From positions 384,001 through 448,000 of the forward strand of contig CAXWPH010000012.1 in the NCBI GenBank assembly GCA_963666055.2: a stretch of DNA of 64,000 nt, written 5' to 3'. The first letter of the stretch is position 1, and every line of letters begins with the position of its first letter. The notes beneath the pieces are model-generated. The model saw only the letters and a list, made by a program, of their open reading frames with translations. It did not search any database and was not told the origin of the DNA. Source of the stretch: Acidobacteriota bacterium (GTDB taxonomy: Bacteria; Acidobacteriota; UBA890; WLXD01). Position numbers and translations under genes: made by a program. Below are positions 20,022 to 29,155 of the stretch, piece by piece.

Positions 20022-20486
20022 CTAGCATCGCCCTCGCGCCCGCCGCTCTCGCAAGCGCTCGGCGTCGTCCGGGGCACCGGTGCCAGACGAGCCCAGGAAG
20101 ATCTTGGTGCCGTCGGCAAATGTAACGTCGCGGCCGTTCGCACGCTTGAGCGAGTGGTCCTTGGTCTGATAACCGTCGACGATGATCTCGGTGCCGTAGG
20201 TCAGGCAATCGCGTCGCAACCCGCGCCGCAGGAGCACGTTCGGTGTGCCGCCCTCTACCATCCACACCACTGTGGTGCCGTCGTCGCTGACGACCTCCAG
20301 ATGAATCCAGGAGTGGGGGTTCACCCACTCGAGCTTCACCACTTTGCCGGCGAGTCGGATCGGCGCGTCGCGGTCAAACTCGGCGCCAAAGGCATGGTGC
20401 GCCACCAGGGGTGCCGCGTACACGAGAGCTGCGAGGACCACGATGCCCCCAATCAGCGTCAGGCGTTTTGTTGGCATTGTATTCAT
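20022..20486 (-). CDS. DUF6152 family secreted protein
   Basis: Signal peptide followed by AHHAF.AEFD, W.NPH, W..E.G.P. Confidence 0.75.
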   Translation of the reverse strand: MNTMPTKRLTLIGGIVVLAALVYAAPLVAHHAFGAEFDRDAPIRLAGKVVKLEWVNPHSWIHLEVVSDDGTTVVWMVEGGTPNVLLRRGLRRDCLTYGTEIIVDGYQTKDHSLKRANGRDVTFADGTKIFLGSSGTGAPDDAERLRERRARGRC

Positions 20487-21619
20487 CTCGGCACCCTTCC
20501 TTCTTCGGCGGCTCCACGCTCTTGCGCCCGCGCGCCGATCAACACGTTGGACATCGCGTAGTTGGCCTCGTGGCAGGCGTATTCGTAGACCAGATCAGGC
20601 AGCGCCTTGAACGGTACTTGGGCAGTCCATGGACTCGAATAGAAGGCGGGATCGTCCACCGTGAACTCGTAGTTGATGGTGTGCTCATCGACGCGCGTGA
20701 ATCGCTCGGTCACCTTGAAGTGGTCGGAGCCACCGGCGAAATTGCGGTTCCCGTTGAGCTGCTTGCGCGGCAGATTCGTCGTCTCCACGACCAGCGTGTC
20801 GCCTTCCCAGCGACCCCAGGAGTCACCCAGCCAGGGGCGGATGTGCGCCGGCAGCGGCGTGCGCTCACCCAGCCTGATGATGCGCGCGTCGTGCACCATC
20901 TCGGTCATGATCATCACGTGATCGGCAGTCTGCACGATAGTGTAGTTGTTGTTGTAGAAGTAGTTGGGAATCATCGGCGGGCCGGCGTTGGAGCCGAACG
21001 ACAGGAGGCAACGCTCAGCGAGCGGCCGGTTCTCCGGGTTGTCAAAATCGCCGAACTGGGCCTGTTGCGCCTCCAACTCGCTCCGAGCCTTCTCTCCCTC
21101 GGGGCTCAACGGCGGGATGCGGCCGTCCGGCGGGTCGACAACCAGCGAGCTTCGTGGCTCGCCGTCCCAAACCGCCACGCGATCGCCCGGGTCGATGTAG
21201 AAGATGTTGTAGCCACCGGTTCCGCCGGAGGCAGCGTCGTAGAGCGCCGAGGTCTGATCGTAAAGCACCGAGGCCTCATCATCGAGCGAGTCCCCCCAGG
21301 ACACCCCCCCCACCGGCGGTGCCTCGCGATCGGGGTCGCTGTCGGCGGAGTGGATCTCGATGAACGCCGCTCGGTCGCCTTCGAGTGCCGCAACTTGCTC
21401 GGAGGTCAGCGCACGCTCGTATCCGGGCGGTCGCTCTATCAGCGTCATCGTCGCGTTGGTCCAGTTGCCCTGCAGGTCCGGATGGCCATCCGGCGTCCGG
21501 GGCAGGACCCAGGCCTGCGTGGCATCGCCCTGGGTCTGCGCGAGGGCCGGTGATGCAAGCCCCACGGCCAGCGCCACGCAGCCGATCCGCGCCAGCGAGC
21601 TTCGATTCAGAAATTCCAT
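20483..21619 (-). CDS. Secreted hypothetical protein of the DUF6152-associated family
   Basis: PRTPDGHPDLQG.W, PPDGRIP, ERC, GDS.GRWEGDTLVVET, EYACHE.N. Confidence 0.7.
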   Translation of the reverse strand: MEFLNRSSLARIGCVALAVGLASPALAQTQGDATQAWVLPRTPDGHPDLQGNWTNATMTLIERPPGYERALTSEQVAALEGDRAAFIEIHSADSDPDREAPPVGGVSWGDSLDDEASVLYDQTSALYDAASGGTGGYNIFYIDPGDRVAVWDGEPRSSLVVDPPDGRIPPLSPEGEKARSELEAQQAQFGDFDNPENRPLAERCLLSFGSNAGPPMIPNYFYNNNYTIVQTADHVMIMTEMVHDARIIRLGERTPLPAHIRPWLGDSWGRWEGDTLVVETTNLPRKQLNGNRNFAGGSDHFKVTERFTRVDEHTINYEFTVDDPAFYSSPWTAQVPFKALPDLVYEYACHEANYAMSNVLIGARAQERGAAEEGRVPR

Positions 21620-21629
21620 CCCTTTCCCC

Positions 21630-22499
21630 CTACTGACCGACCGGGTGCTTGCGAAGATGCCCGTACAGCAGCTCTTCGACAAACTCCACACACTTGAACT
21701 GACCGAGTCGGGCCTCCGGGTCGATGTTACGGTACAGCGGCATGCGGATCGTCCAAGGGCGCGAGAACGTCTGCGGATCGTCGATGGTGGCCTCGTACCA
21801 GATGTGATCGGGACTCGTCATGTTGTACCGCTCGGTTACCTTCATCGCGCCACTGTGGTGGTTTCCCGCCCGGTCGAACCACGTCTGTTCGATCAAGCCG
21901 GTAACCTCCACGACGAACACATCGCCCTCCCATTGGCCCACCGATTGGCCCATCCAGGAGTCGATCTGCGCCGGGCCCGGGTCTGTGAGATAGATGTCGC
22001 GAACGGCCCCGGCGTACTCGTAGGCGATGAAGAACTTGCTTTCGCTCTGGAAGACTTGAAACGAATGCTGCATGTAGTTGGCCCGCGGCACCCCTGGTAG
22101 ATAGCACTTGATCTCGGGGTCGCGGTCGACCCAGTTGGCGCGATTCTCATTGCGCTTGGCGAGCGCCTCCGGCAGGTAAGGAATCTCACCACCGACGACC
22201 ACACCCTGACCGGAGGGCACGGCGCCGACCGCGCCGAACGCCAGCACCTCGTTCGCCGGCACCGGCACCACCGGACCTGGCTGCAGGGCCAGCGCCGGTC
22301 GGGCCAGATGCGGCTCGATGTCCCAATGCGCGTTGCCCAGCGCCTGCCAGATGCCGTTCATATCGGGCTTGCCTGAGGCGGTTCTGGGAATCTCGGTGCC
22401 CTGAGCGCACCCATAGCTAGCCAACGTTGCAGCTACAAGCAATGTGCCGACGACAGCCCTGCCCACGACACGTACTGGCGATTCAAAGCCGCTCGACAT
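21630..22499 (-). CDS. Secreted/lipoprotein hypothetical protein, paralogue of 20483-21619
   Basis: PRTASGKPD.NGIW, DPEIKC.LPG.PR, G.S.G.WEGD, DDP..F..PW, C-terminal FKC.E. Confidence 0.7.
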   Translation of the reverse strand: MSSGFESPVRVVGRAVVGTLLVAATLASYGCAQGTEIPRTASGKPDMNGIWQALGNAHWDIEPHLARPALALQPGPVVPVPANEVLAFGAVGAVPSGQGVVVGGEIPYLPEALAKRNENRANWVDRDPEIKCYLPGVPRANYMQHSFQVFQSESKFFIAYEYAGAVRDIYLTDPGPAQIDSWMGQSVGQWEGDVFVVEVTGLIEQTWFDRAGNHHSGAMKVTERYNMTSPDHIWYEATIDDPQTFSRPWTIRMPLYRNIDPEARLGQFKCVEFVEELLYGHLRKHPVGQ

Positions 22500-22544
22500 C
22501 AAGCAATCCCCTTCCGGTTCACGTTTGGCGTTGAACGGTGCTCG

Positions 22545-23096
22545 TCATTCACCACGAGCGCCAAACGCCAGCAGAACGTTCCCTGCCATCTGTCCGAAGG
22601 AACCATACCCGCTGTTGACGAAGACGAGCCCGGCGGCGACTACCGGCCCGGGGCCGTCGATGGCGCCACCGTTCCCCGGCACGCCGTTCATTGTTTCGAA
22701 CTCACGTACGGTGTCATACTCCCACAGCGTACTCCCGTCTTCCGTAGAATGCGCCCGAATATGCCCGTCCAATCCGCCCGCGAAGACGACCCCGGGAATC
22801 ACGGTTGGAGCGGCGGAGTTTGCCGCGAAACAGCCTTGTTTACCAGCGCAGGTATCCGTTGACGCCTTGGCGCTCCACGCGACATCACCCGTCATCAGGT
22901 CGAGGGCATAGAGGCCCGGAGTGAGCTGCTGCTCGGGGTTGACATCGACGATCACGACCCCGGGTCGATCCGAGTTAGCGGCAAAGACCAGCTGCCCATC
23001 GGTCGCCATGCCCCAGTGGATGCCACCCAGCGCGCTCCCCTTCCCCACCCGTGTAGACCATAGGACTTCCCCGCCGGCGTCTGGATCGAGGGGCAA
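22545..23096 (-). pseudogene. C-terminal fragment of a PQQ-dependent (polyvinyl-alcohol dehydrogenase-like) beta-propeller
   Basis: GG.HWG.A.DG, ALD..TG...W, GGAIDG.GP, NSGYG..G..GNVLLAF; N-terminal part missing. Confidence 0.7.
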
Positions 23097-23222
23097 GACG
23101 GCATCTGCTGCGCGGCCAGTGTGCTAGCCCAACTCCGCACCTGCAAGGGAACCTCCGTTCCGTCGATGTCCGGGCTAGTCTGGACAGGTCTGGTAGAACG
23201 ACACACGGAGGAGGCTCATAGG

Positions 23223-23681
23223 ATGGAGACCTGGGCTGGCGGCTGCCAATGCGGCGCGATCCGATACGAGCTCGCACCGGCCGAGATACTGACCCTCATC
23301 TGTTGCCATTGCCGCGAGTGTCAGCGGCAATCAGCAAGCGCCTTTGGAATGTCGATCATTCTGCCGCGCTCAGCGTTCAGGCTGCTTCAAGGGACTTTGA
23401 CGAGCTGGGAGCGGCGGTCGGATCGAGGAGCAGTCAACCGAGCGAACTTCTGTCCGACCTGCGGTGTACGGCTGTGTCACGACGGTGGCGACGACAGCGC
23501 CGTTATCAGCGTCAAGGCCGGATCACTGGACGACACCAGTGTGTTGAGTCCCGCCGCCCACATCTGGACCAAGCGTGCGCAGCCTTGGGTGCGCATGCCC
23601 GGCGACGCCTTGTGCTACGAAGGCGAACCCGAAACCGATGACGAGCTATTCGCCGCCTATCGGGGCAGGATTAGTCGTTAG
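23223..23681 (+). CDS. GFA family (glutathione-dependent formaldehyde-activating) protein
   Basis: GGCQCGAIRY, CHCRECQR, FCPTCG, HIWT...QPW. Confidence 0.9.
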   Translation: METWAGGCQCGAIRYELAPAEILTLICCHCRECQRQSASAFGMSIILPRSAFRLLQGTLTSWERRSDRGAVNRANFCPTCGVRLCHDGGDDSAVISVKAGSLDDTSVLSPAAHIWTKRAQPWVRMPGDALCYEGEPETDDELFAAYRGRISR

Positions 23682-23796
23682 CCGGCGGCGGAGCGGGCAG
23701 CGATCGCGACCAAGCTGCAGGCGCCCCTCGTTCCTCGTCGTTGACGCGGGTCGATACATGCAACATCCTCCGGCAACTTTCCATCCGGAGGACCCG

Positions 23797-24333
23797 ATGA
23801 TCTTTGCTCTACACCCGAAGAGCGGCTCGTGTCGAGCGGCGCTCGCGCTCGTCGTCTCGCTCACCGCCTGCGGAGCCCCCGCAGCGCCTCCTACGGCCAG
23901 CATCGATCAGCTCGTCGGGGCGTGGACCCTGGTGTCCTGGGAGCGCACCGCCGAGGACGGCACGGTCACGCAGCCCTACGGCGCAGACGCCGCGGGACAG
24001 ATCGTCTACACGGCCGATGGACGCATGTCGGCGCAGCTGATGCGACCCGGGCGAGAATTCCCCGATCCGCAGTCGGTGACCGGAGAGGAGATGGGGGCCG
24101 CCATCCTCCGGGGCTTCTTCTCCTACTACGGCACCTACGCAGTAGACCAGGAGAACCGTGTGGTTACCCACCATGTACTTGGAGCACTTCTGCCGGACTG
24201 GGTGGGCACACACCGGCCGCGGAGCTTCACGTTCGACGGGCCGGATCGGATAACGCTGAGCACGGCGCCAGACCCCGGCCGCACTGGCGGCGCGATCAGC
24301 GTTCTGGTGTGGGAACGCGTCACCGGCAGCTGA
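23797..24333 (+). CDS. Lipocalin-like (Lipocalin_5) lipoprotein
   Basis: LVGAW.LVSW, G.I.YTADG.MSAQLM, SY.GTY, LVWER; lipobox LTAC. Confidence 0.8.
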   Translation: MIFALHPKSGSCRAALALVVSLTACGAPAAPPTASIDQLVGAWTLVSWERTAEDGTVTQPYGADAAGQIVYTADGRMSAQLMRPGREFPDPQSVTGEEMGAAILRGFFSYYGTYAVDQENRVVTHHVLGALLPDWVGTHRPRSFTFDGPDRITLSTAPDPGRTGGAISVLVWERVTGS

Positions 24334-24371
24334 GCGACGCCAGATCTACAACCGGTTTCCCACGCCAGTCG

Positions 24372-24424
24372 TTGACCAACTGTATCGAAAGTTGATATAA
24401 CCTCATCATTCGAAGTTCGATATA
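24372..24424 (+). promoter_or_regulatory. Putative sigma70 promoter with overlapping palindromic operator (likely PadR autoregulation)
   Basis: TTGACC-18 bp-TATAAC; imperfect palindrome TATCGA-AAG-TTGATA plus a second similar site, TTCGAAGTTCGATATA. Confidence 0.5.
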
Positions 24425-24457
24425 TCTGAACTCGACTGAGAGTTCGGTGAGAGAAGG

Positions 24458-24823
24458 TTGATCAACGTGGCCCAGGTTGCCTCCGCAGCGCAGAAGCCGC
24501 TGACCCCGTCGGTGTTCCAGATTCTGCTGGCGCTCGCCAGCGACGAGATGCATGGCTACGCGATCATGCAGCAGGTGCGCGAGGGCTCGGGCGGGCAGGT
24601 GAAGCTAGGCCCGGGCACGCTCTACTACTCGATCCAGCGCATGCTCGACAAGGGGCTGATCGCGGCGGCCAAGGAGCGGCCTGCGCCGGACGCCGACGAC
24701 GAGCGGCGCATCTACTACCGCATCACCGAAGCGGGTCGCCGAGTAGCCGAGGCGGAGTCGCGACGTCTCGCTGACTTGGTGAAGCTGGCACGCGATCGCG
24801 ACTTTCTGCCGGACGAGTCCTGA
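24458..24823 (+). CDS. PadR family transcriptional regulator
   Basis: ILLAL....HGYAIM, GPGTLY, RR.YYRIT..G. Confidence 0.9.
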   Translation: MINVAQVASAAQKPLTPSVFQILLALASDEMHGYAIMQQVREGSGGQVKLGPGTLYYSIQRMLDKGLIAAAKERPAPDADDERRIYYRITEAGRRVAEAESRRLADLVKLARDRDFLPDES

Positions 24824-27507
24824 TGAGCGGGCTCACCCTAGCAGGCCTAAAGCTGCTGCTTCGCACCTGGCCGCGCGAATTTCGCGATGCTCACGGGCGG
24901 GCCGCTCGCGACGCGGCGGTCGATGAGTTTCGTCACGACCGCCGCCGTCACGGCCTCCTCCTGGCGCTCCTGCGCACCGCGCCCCACCTGATACTCGATG
25001 TCGTCTTGACTGCGCTGCGACTGCGCCGAGACCGGCTATTCGGCAGCAACACGTCGGACCCTCTTTGTCGGCTTCCCCACCCCGAGAAGAATCCGTTGGA
25101 AAACCCGCTGCAGGACATCCGCTACGGCATTCGTTACCTGTTCCGCACCCCCGGAGTGACCCCCGTGGCGGTCGCCGCGCTGGCCCTGGGCATCGGAGTC
25201 AACACGCTGGTTTTCAGCCTGGTGAACGGCATCCTCCTCCAGCCGCTGCCGTTCGAAGAGCCCGATCGCCTCGTCCACCTGTGGGAGACCAACCTGAGCC
25301 GGGGCTGGGATAGCTTCTCGGTGTCGCCGCAGAACTACCGCGACTGGAAGGAGCAGACCGTTTCGTTCAGCGAGATGACCGGGCTGTATGACACGACGGC
25401 GACTATCACGGGCCTCGACGAGCCGGTGCTTGTGGCCGGCGCAATGGTCGCCGACGACTTCTTCCTGACACTCGGCGCAGAGCTCGCACTGGGCCGCGGA
25501 TTCAGCCGCGACGAGCACGTTGACGGTGCCAACGTCGTGGTAATCGGCCCCGGGCTGTGGCAACGACGCTTTGGCAGACAGGCAGATGTGCTCGGAAAGG
25601 AGATCATCGTCGACGGCTCCGGTCGCACGATCATCGGGGTTCTGGCCGATCCAGCCGCTGCCGTGCCGAGCGCAACGGACATTTGGATGCCGATCGATCT
25701 TGACGGCCAATTCACCGTGGGGCGCGGGGCCCACTGGTGGCGCGTGGTGGCGCGAATGCACGCCGGGGTGGCTCTCCAACAAGCCAGCAACGACGTGAAA
25801 TTGGTCGCCGACCGGCTGCCCCTGGGAGAGAGTGGCTGGTCAGCGGTAGCCGCGAGCATGCATGGAGACATCACCGAGCGCGCCAATCGCTCGCTGACCA
25901 TGCTGTTCGGTGCCGTCGGGCTGGTCTTGCTCATCGCCTGCGCCAACGTCGCCAACTTGTTGCTGGCACGCTCGAGCGACCGCGCTCGCGAACTGTCGCT
26001 CCGTCACTCGCTCGGCGCCTCAGCCTCGCGCCTGTTCCGACAGATGATCACCGAGAGCATCGTGTTGTCCTCCACTGGAGCAATCCTCGGGGTTGGCGTC
26101 GCGTTCGCCGGGTTGCGCACGGTCCAGGCGTTCGCCGGCGACACGCTGCCGCGCATGGGCGAGGTCGGCATCGACCTCACCGTGCTGGCCTTCACATTGG
26201 CCGTTGGGCTTGTCACCGGGCTGGTCTTCGGCGTCGTCCCGGCGCTCCGAGGCATGCGGGTCACGCCAGCCGAGGCGCTCAAGGAAGGCGGAGCAGGAAG
26301 CGGCCCCGGGCGCGGGCACGCTCGCCTGCGAAGCGCGCTGGTCGTCGTGGAGGTCGCCCTCGCCATGAGTGTCGTCGCCGTGGCTGGCCTGCTCGCCCGC
26401 AGCCTGGTCGAGCTGCAAGACGTCGACCCTGGCTTCGCCGTAGATCAGCGTGTAAGCGCGCGGATCGCCCTCCCGGAGGGGAGCTATCCGGATCGACCAA
26501 CCCGCATTGCCTTCTACGACGGGCTGCTGGATTCGCTTCGAGTGAGCCCCGCTGTAGTGAGCGCCGGAGCGACCTCGGGACTGCCCCTGGGCGGCAACTT
26601 CAGCATCAGCTTCAGCATCGTCGGCCAGACCGACTCGAACGACGAGAACCGACCAACATCCGAGCTACGCGTGATTGACCCCGATTACTTCGACAGCATG
26701 AGCATCCCGTTGGTGCGGGGCCGTGGCCTGCAGCGGTCTGACACGGCTGACGGCGAACACGTGGTCGTGGTGAACAAGCGATTTGTCGACCGCTTCTTCC
26801 CGGACTCAGAACCGCTCGGCGCCGTGTTGGACATCGGCTACGGCACGGGCGTCGACGGCGACTCCAGAGAACGCCGCATCGTCGGCGTCGTCAGCGACGT
26901 AAAGGCGTTCAGCCTGGGTGACGAGTCGCGCTCGATGTACTACCTGAGTCGGCACCAAACTAGCGTCAGCAACCTGTCGCTCGTGCTCCACACGACGGTC
27001 CCTGGGGAACAGGCGTTCGTGCTGCTGCGCGACGCGGTGCGCCAGGCCGACCCCAACCTGGCCCTGTACCAGGTGCGCACTCTGGGCGAGCTTGTGCACG
27101 AGACCACCGCCGGCGAGCGGCTCCGGCTCGGCCTGATCGCAAGCTTCGCCATTCTGGCGATGGTGCTCTCGGGAATCGGCATCTACGGGATGCTCTCCTT
27201 CGGCGTGGCGGAGCGCCGCCGGGAGATAGGTCTGCGACTCGCAATCGGCGCCGCACCGGCGGACGTGCTACGGCTGATCCTGCGCAATGGCATCGGCCTT
27301 GCTCTGATCGGAGTGGTTGTCGGCTCGGGCGGCGCACTCCTGCTGGGCCGCGCGTTGGCGTCGCAGCTCTATGGTGTTTCGCCCTCCGACCCGCTCACTC
27401 TACTGGCCGTCGGTGCCTCCTTGCTCATCGTCGCCACGATGGCCTGTTGGCTCCCCGCCCGCAGAGCCACGCGCATCGACCCAGCCAGAACTCTGCGCGC
27501 CGACTGA
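24823..27507 (+). CDS. ADOP-type duplicated ABC permease (MacB/FtsX domains)
   Basis: QDIRYG.R, LALGIG.NT..FS, LLIACANVANLLLAR, RRREIG.R.A.GA, PARRA..IDP; translationally coupled to padR. Confidence 0.9.
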   Translation: MSGLTLAGLKLLLRTWPREFRDAHGRAARDAAVDEFRHDRRRHGLLLALLRTAPHLILDVVLTALRLRRDRLFGSNTSDPLCRLPHPEKNPLENPLQDIRYGIRYLFRTPGVTPVAVAALALGIGVNTLVFSLVNGILLQPLPFEEPDRLVHLWETNLSRGWDSFSVSPQNYRDWKEQTVSFSEMTGLYDTTATITGLDEPVLVAGAMVADDFFLTLGAELALGRGFSRDEHVDGANVVVIGPGLWQRRFGRQADVLGKEIIVDGSGRTIIGVLADPAAAVPSATDIWMPIDLDGQFTVGRGAHWWRVVARMHAGVALQQASNDVKLVADRLPLGESGWSAVAASMHGDITERANRSLTMLFGAVGLVLLIACANVANLLLARSSDRARELSLRHSLGASASRLFRQMITESIVLSSTGAILGVGVAFAGLRTVQAFAGDTLPRMGEVGIDLTVLAFTLAVGLVTGLVFGVVPALRGMRVTPAEALKEGGAGSGPGRGHARLRSALVVVEVALAMSVVAVAGLLARSLVELQDVDPGFAVDQRVSARIALPEGSYPDRPTRIAFYDGLLDSLRVSPAVVSAGATSGLPLGGNFSISFSIVGQTDSNDENRPTSELRVIDPDYFDSMSIPLVRGRGLQRSDTADGEHVVVVNKRFVDRFFPDSEPLGAVLDIGYGTGVDGDSRERRIVGVVSDVKAFSLGDESRSMYYLSRHQTSVSNLSLVLHTTVPGEQAFVLLRDAVRQADPNLALYQVRTLGELVHETTAGERLRLGLIASFAILAMVLSGIGIYGMLSFGVAERRREIGLRLAIGAAPADVLRLILRNGIGLALIGVVVGSGGALLLGRALASQLYGVSPSDPLTLLAVGASLLIVATMACWLPARRATRIDPARTLRAD

Positions 27508-27543
27508 GCGATACGAGCCTTCCTGCACGCCGCTGGCCAGTGC

Positions 27544-28935
27544 TCAGCGGATGAGCCGTATTTCCGGGTCCGGCGGATAAGGGAACTCGACGCCGTCTTC
27601 CGTCACTACCGCACCGTCATGGAAGGCGATGTAGATGTGCTTGCCCCTCCCCCACGCGGGTACCGGCATGTGGATCATGTACTCGAACGTGAAGGTGTGC
27701 AGCACCGGGATCGTCATCTCGCGTTCCCAGTCGGAGCCGAGCGGAGAAATCCTGGGAGCAACCAGGCCGCTTCTTCCTACGGCGTGCACATCAAGATGGA
27801 CCTGCGCCTTGTACGGATCGGCAGTCGGGTCGTATTGGTCGACGGGGTTGTAGTGGTAGCCGGCCTCTTCGATCTTCCGGATCAGCAGATCGAGGGTCTC
27901 TCCTGCCGTGCGCCCGGCGACGATGTTGTCGAGCAGCATCTGGCGGGTCTCGAGCGCAACTTGCCAAATCTCTTCGATCTCCGGCGGTGCTTCTGTCTCT
28001 CCCTCGCGCAGTAAATAGGCGTTGCCCCCGAGGTCGGACGAGAAGATCCGGTTGCCGGCGCCGTGAAGAATCGTGAAGACGTCGCCCGGCTGCAGGACAT
28101 AAGGTTGCGGATCGCTCACGTGGAACTCGACGCCGTCAGGATCGCGCCGGAAAACGTTGCCCTCCAAGTCGCGGAGCTCGGTTACTCCCGGCACCACCTT
28201 GCCGAACTCGCGGTCGAGGTTGTCCGCGGCGATCAACCCGAACTGGCGATAGAGCTCGATCTCCTCAGCCACGCGACCGGCCAGGTAGTCGATGATCAGG
28301 TGCTCGGCGGAGACGACACGCCCGGCGTAGGTGTCGCCTAGCGCGTCCATCAAGAGACCGTAGTCGGTATGGGAGAGCCCGTCGGTCAGCGGAGCACGTT
28401 CCGACGCCGCCGAAAGCCCCAAAGCCTCCGAGTAGTTCACGCCGATGCGGTGTGGGTCGCGTTCGGCCACGAATTCCCCCACACCGTCGAAGCGAAACTC
28501 CAGATAGTCGGTCTCATCGCCGCCCGGCTGCTCGGTGATGACACCGTCGACGAAGGTGGGTAGCTCCACGAGCGACCGAGCGATGACGTCATAGGCGGCC
28601 GCGTCGTCGACGTCTCCGGCGAACACGGCCCGCTCTATTCGATCTCCTCCGCGGTCGGTGAAGATAAAGATCCCCGCCGCGCTGCCGAGCTCGAAGCTCA
28701 GCGGGTCGGGAGCCCACGGCCGCATGACATGAATCCACATGTCAATTTCGTTGTCCCGCATGACGCGCGGCAGAACCTGATCGAACTTGCTGTGGCGGAC
28801 CTGGTTTTCCAGCGCCACCGAATCATCGGGCAGCACCGTGGCGGGATTCACCGTCTCGGGATTCTGCGCCCCTACCGCCAGTGCGGCAAGAACGAAACAG
28901 CAAGCAGCGGCCTTCGAGAGTAAGGTCATGGACAT
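27544..28935 (-). CDS. M24 (Xaa-Pro peptidase-like) family secreted protein
   Basis: Signal peptide; LP..MR...IDMW, SDL...AY.LR.GE..P, H..G, D..V...G. Confidence 0.6.
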   Translation of the reverse strand: MSMTLLSKAAACCFVLAALAVGAQNPETVNPATVLPDDSVALENQVRHSKFDQVLPRVMRDNEIDMWIHVMRPWAPDPLSFELGSAAGIFIFTDRGGDRIERAVFAGDVDDAAAYDVIARSLVELPTFVDGVITEQPGGDETDYLEFRFDGVGEFVAERDPHRIGVNYSEALGLSAASERAPLTDGLSHTDYGLLMDALGDTYAGRVVSAEHLIIDYLAGRVAEEIELYRQFGLIAADNLDREFGKVVPGVTELRDLEGNVFRRDPDGVEFHVSDPQPYVLQPGDVFTILHGAGNRIFSSDLGGNAYLLREGETEAPPEIEEIWQVALETRQMLLDNIVAGRTAGETLDLLIRKIEEAGYHYNPVDQYDPTADPYKAQVHLDVHAVGRSGLVAPRISPLGSDWEREMTIPVLHTFTFEYMIHMPVPAWGRGKHIYIAFHDGAVVTEDGVEFPYPPDPEIRLIR

Positions 28936-29155
28936 GTACGGTATCAGCGCGGATCAGGGACCGTGACGCCCGTGTTCGTCTAACAGACACATCGCACCGT
29001 GAAACGGGGCAGGCTCTGACACGACTACATGCCCGGCCCTCTCAGCGGTGTGCTTGTGCTTATCTGCACAGTTCCCTCCGTTGCTCCTCTCCCCTATTCC
29101 TCGATAGCCTCGTGCGTGGTCGTTTCCCGGATCACGGATTCGGAAGGAGGATCGG

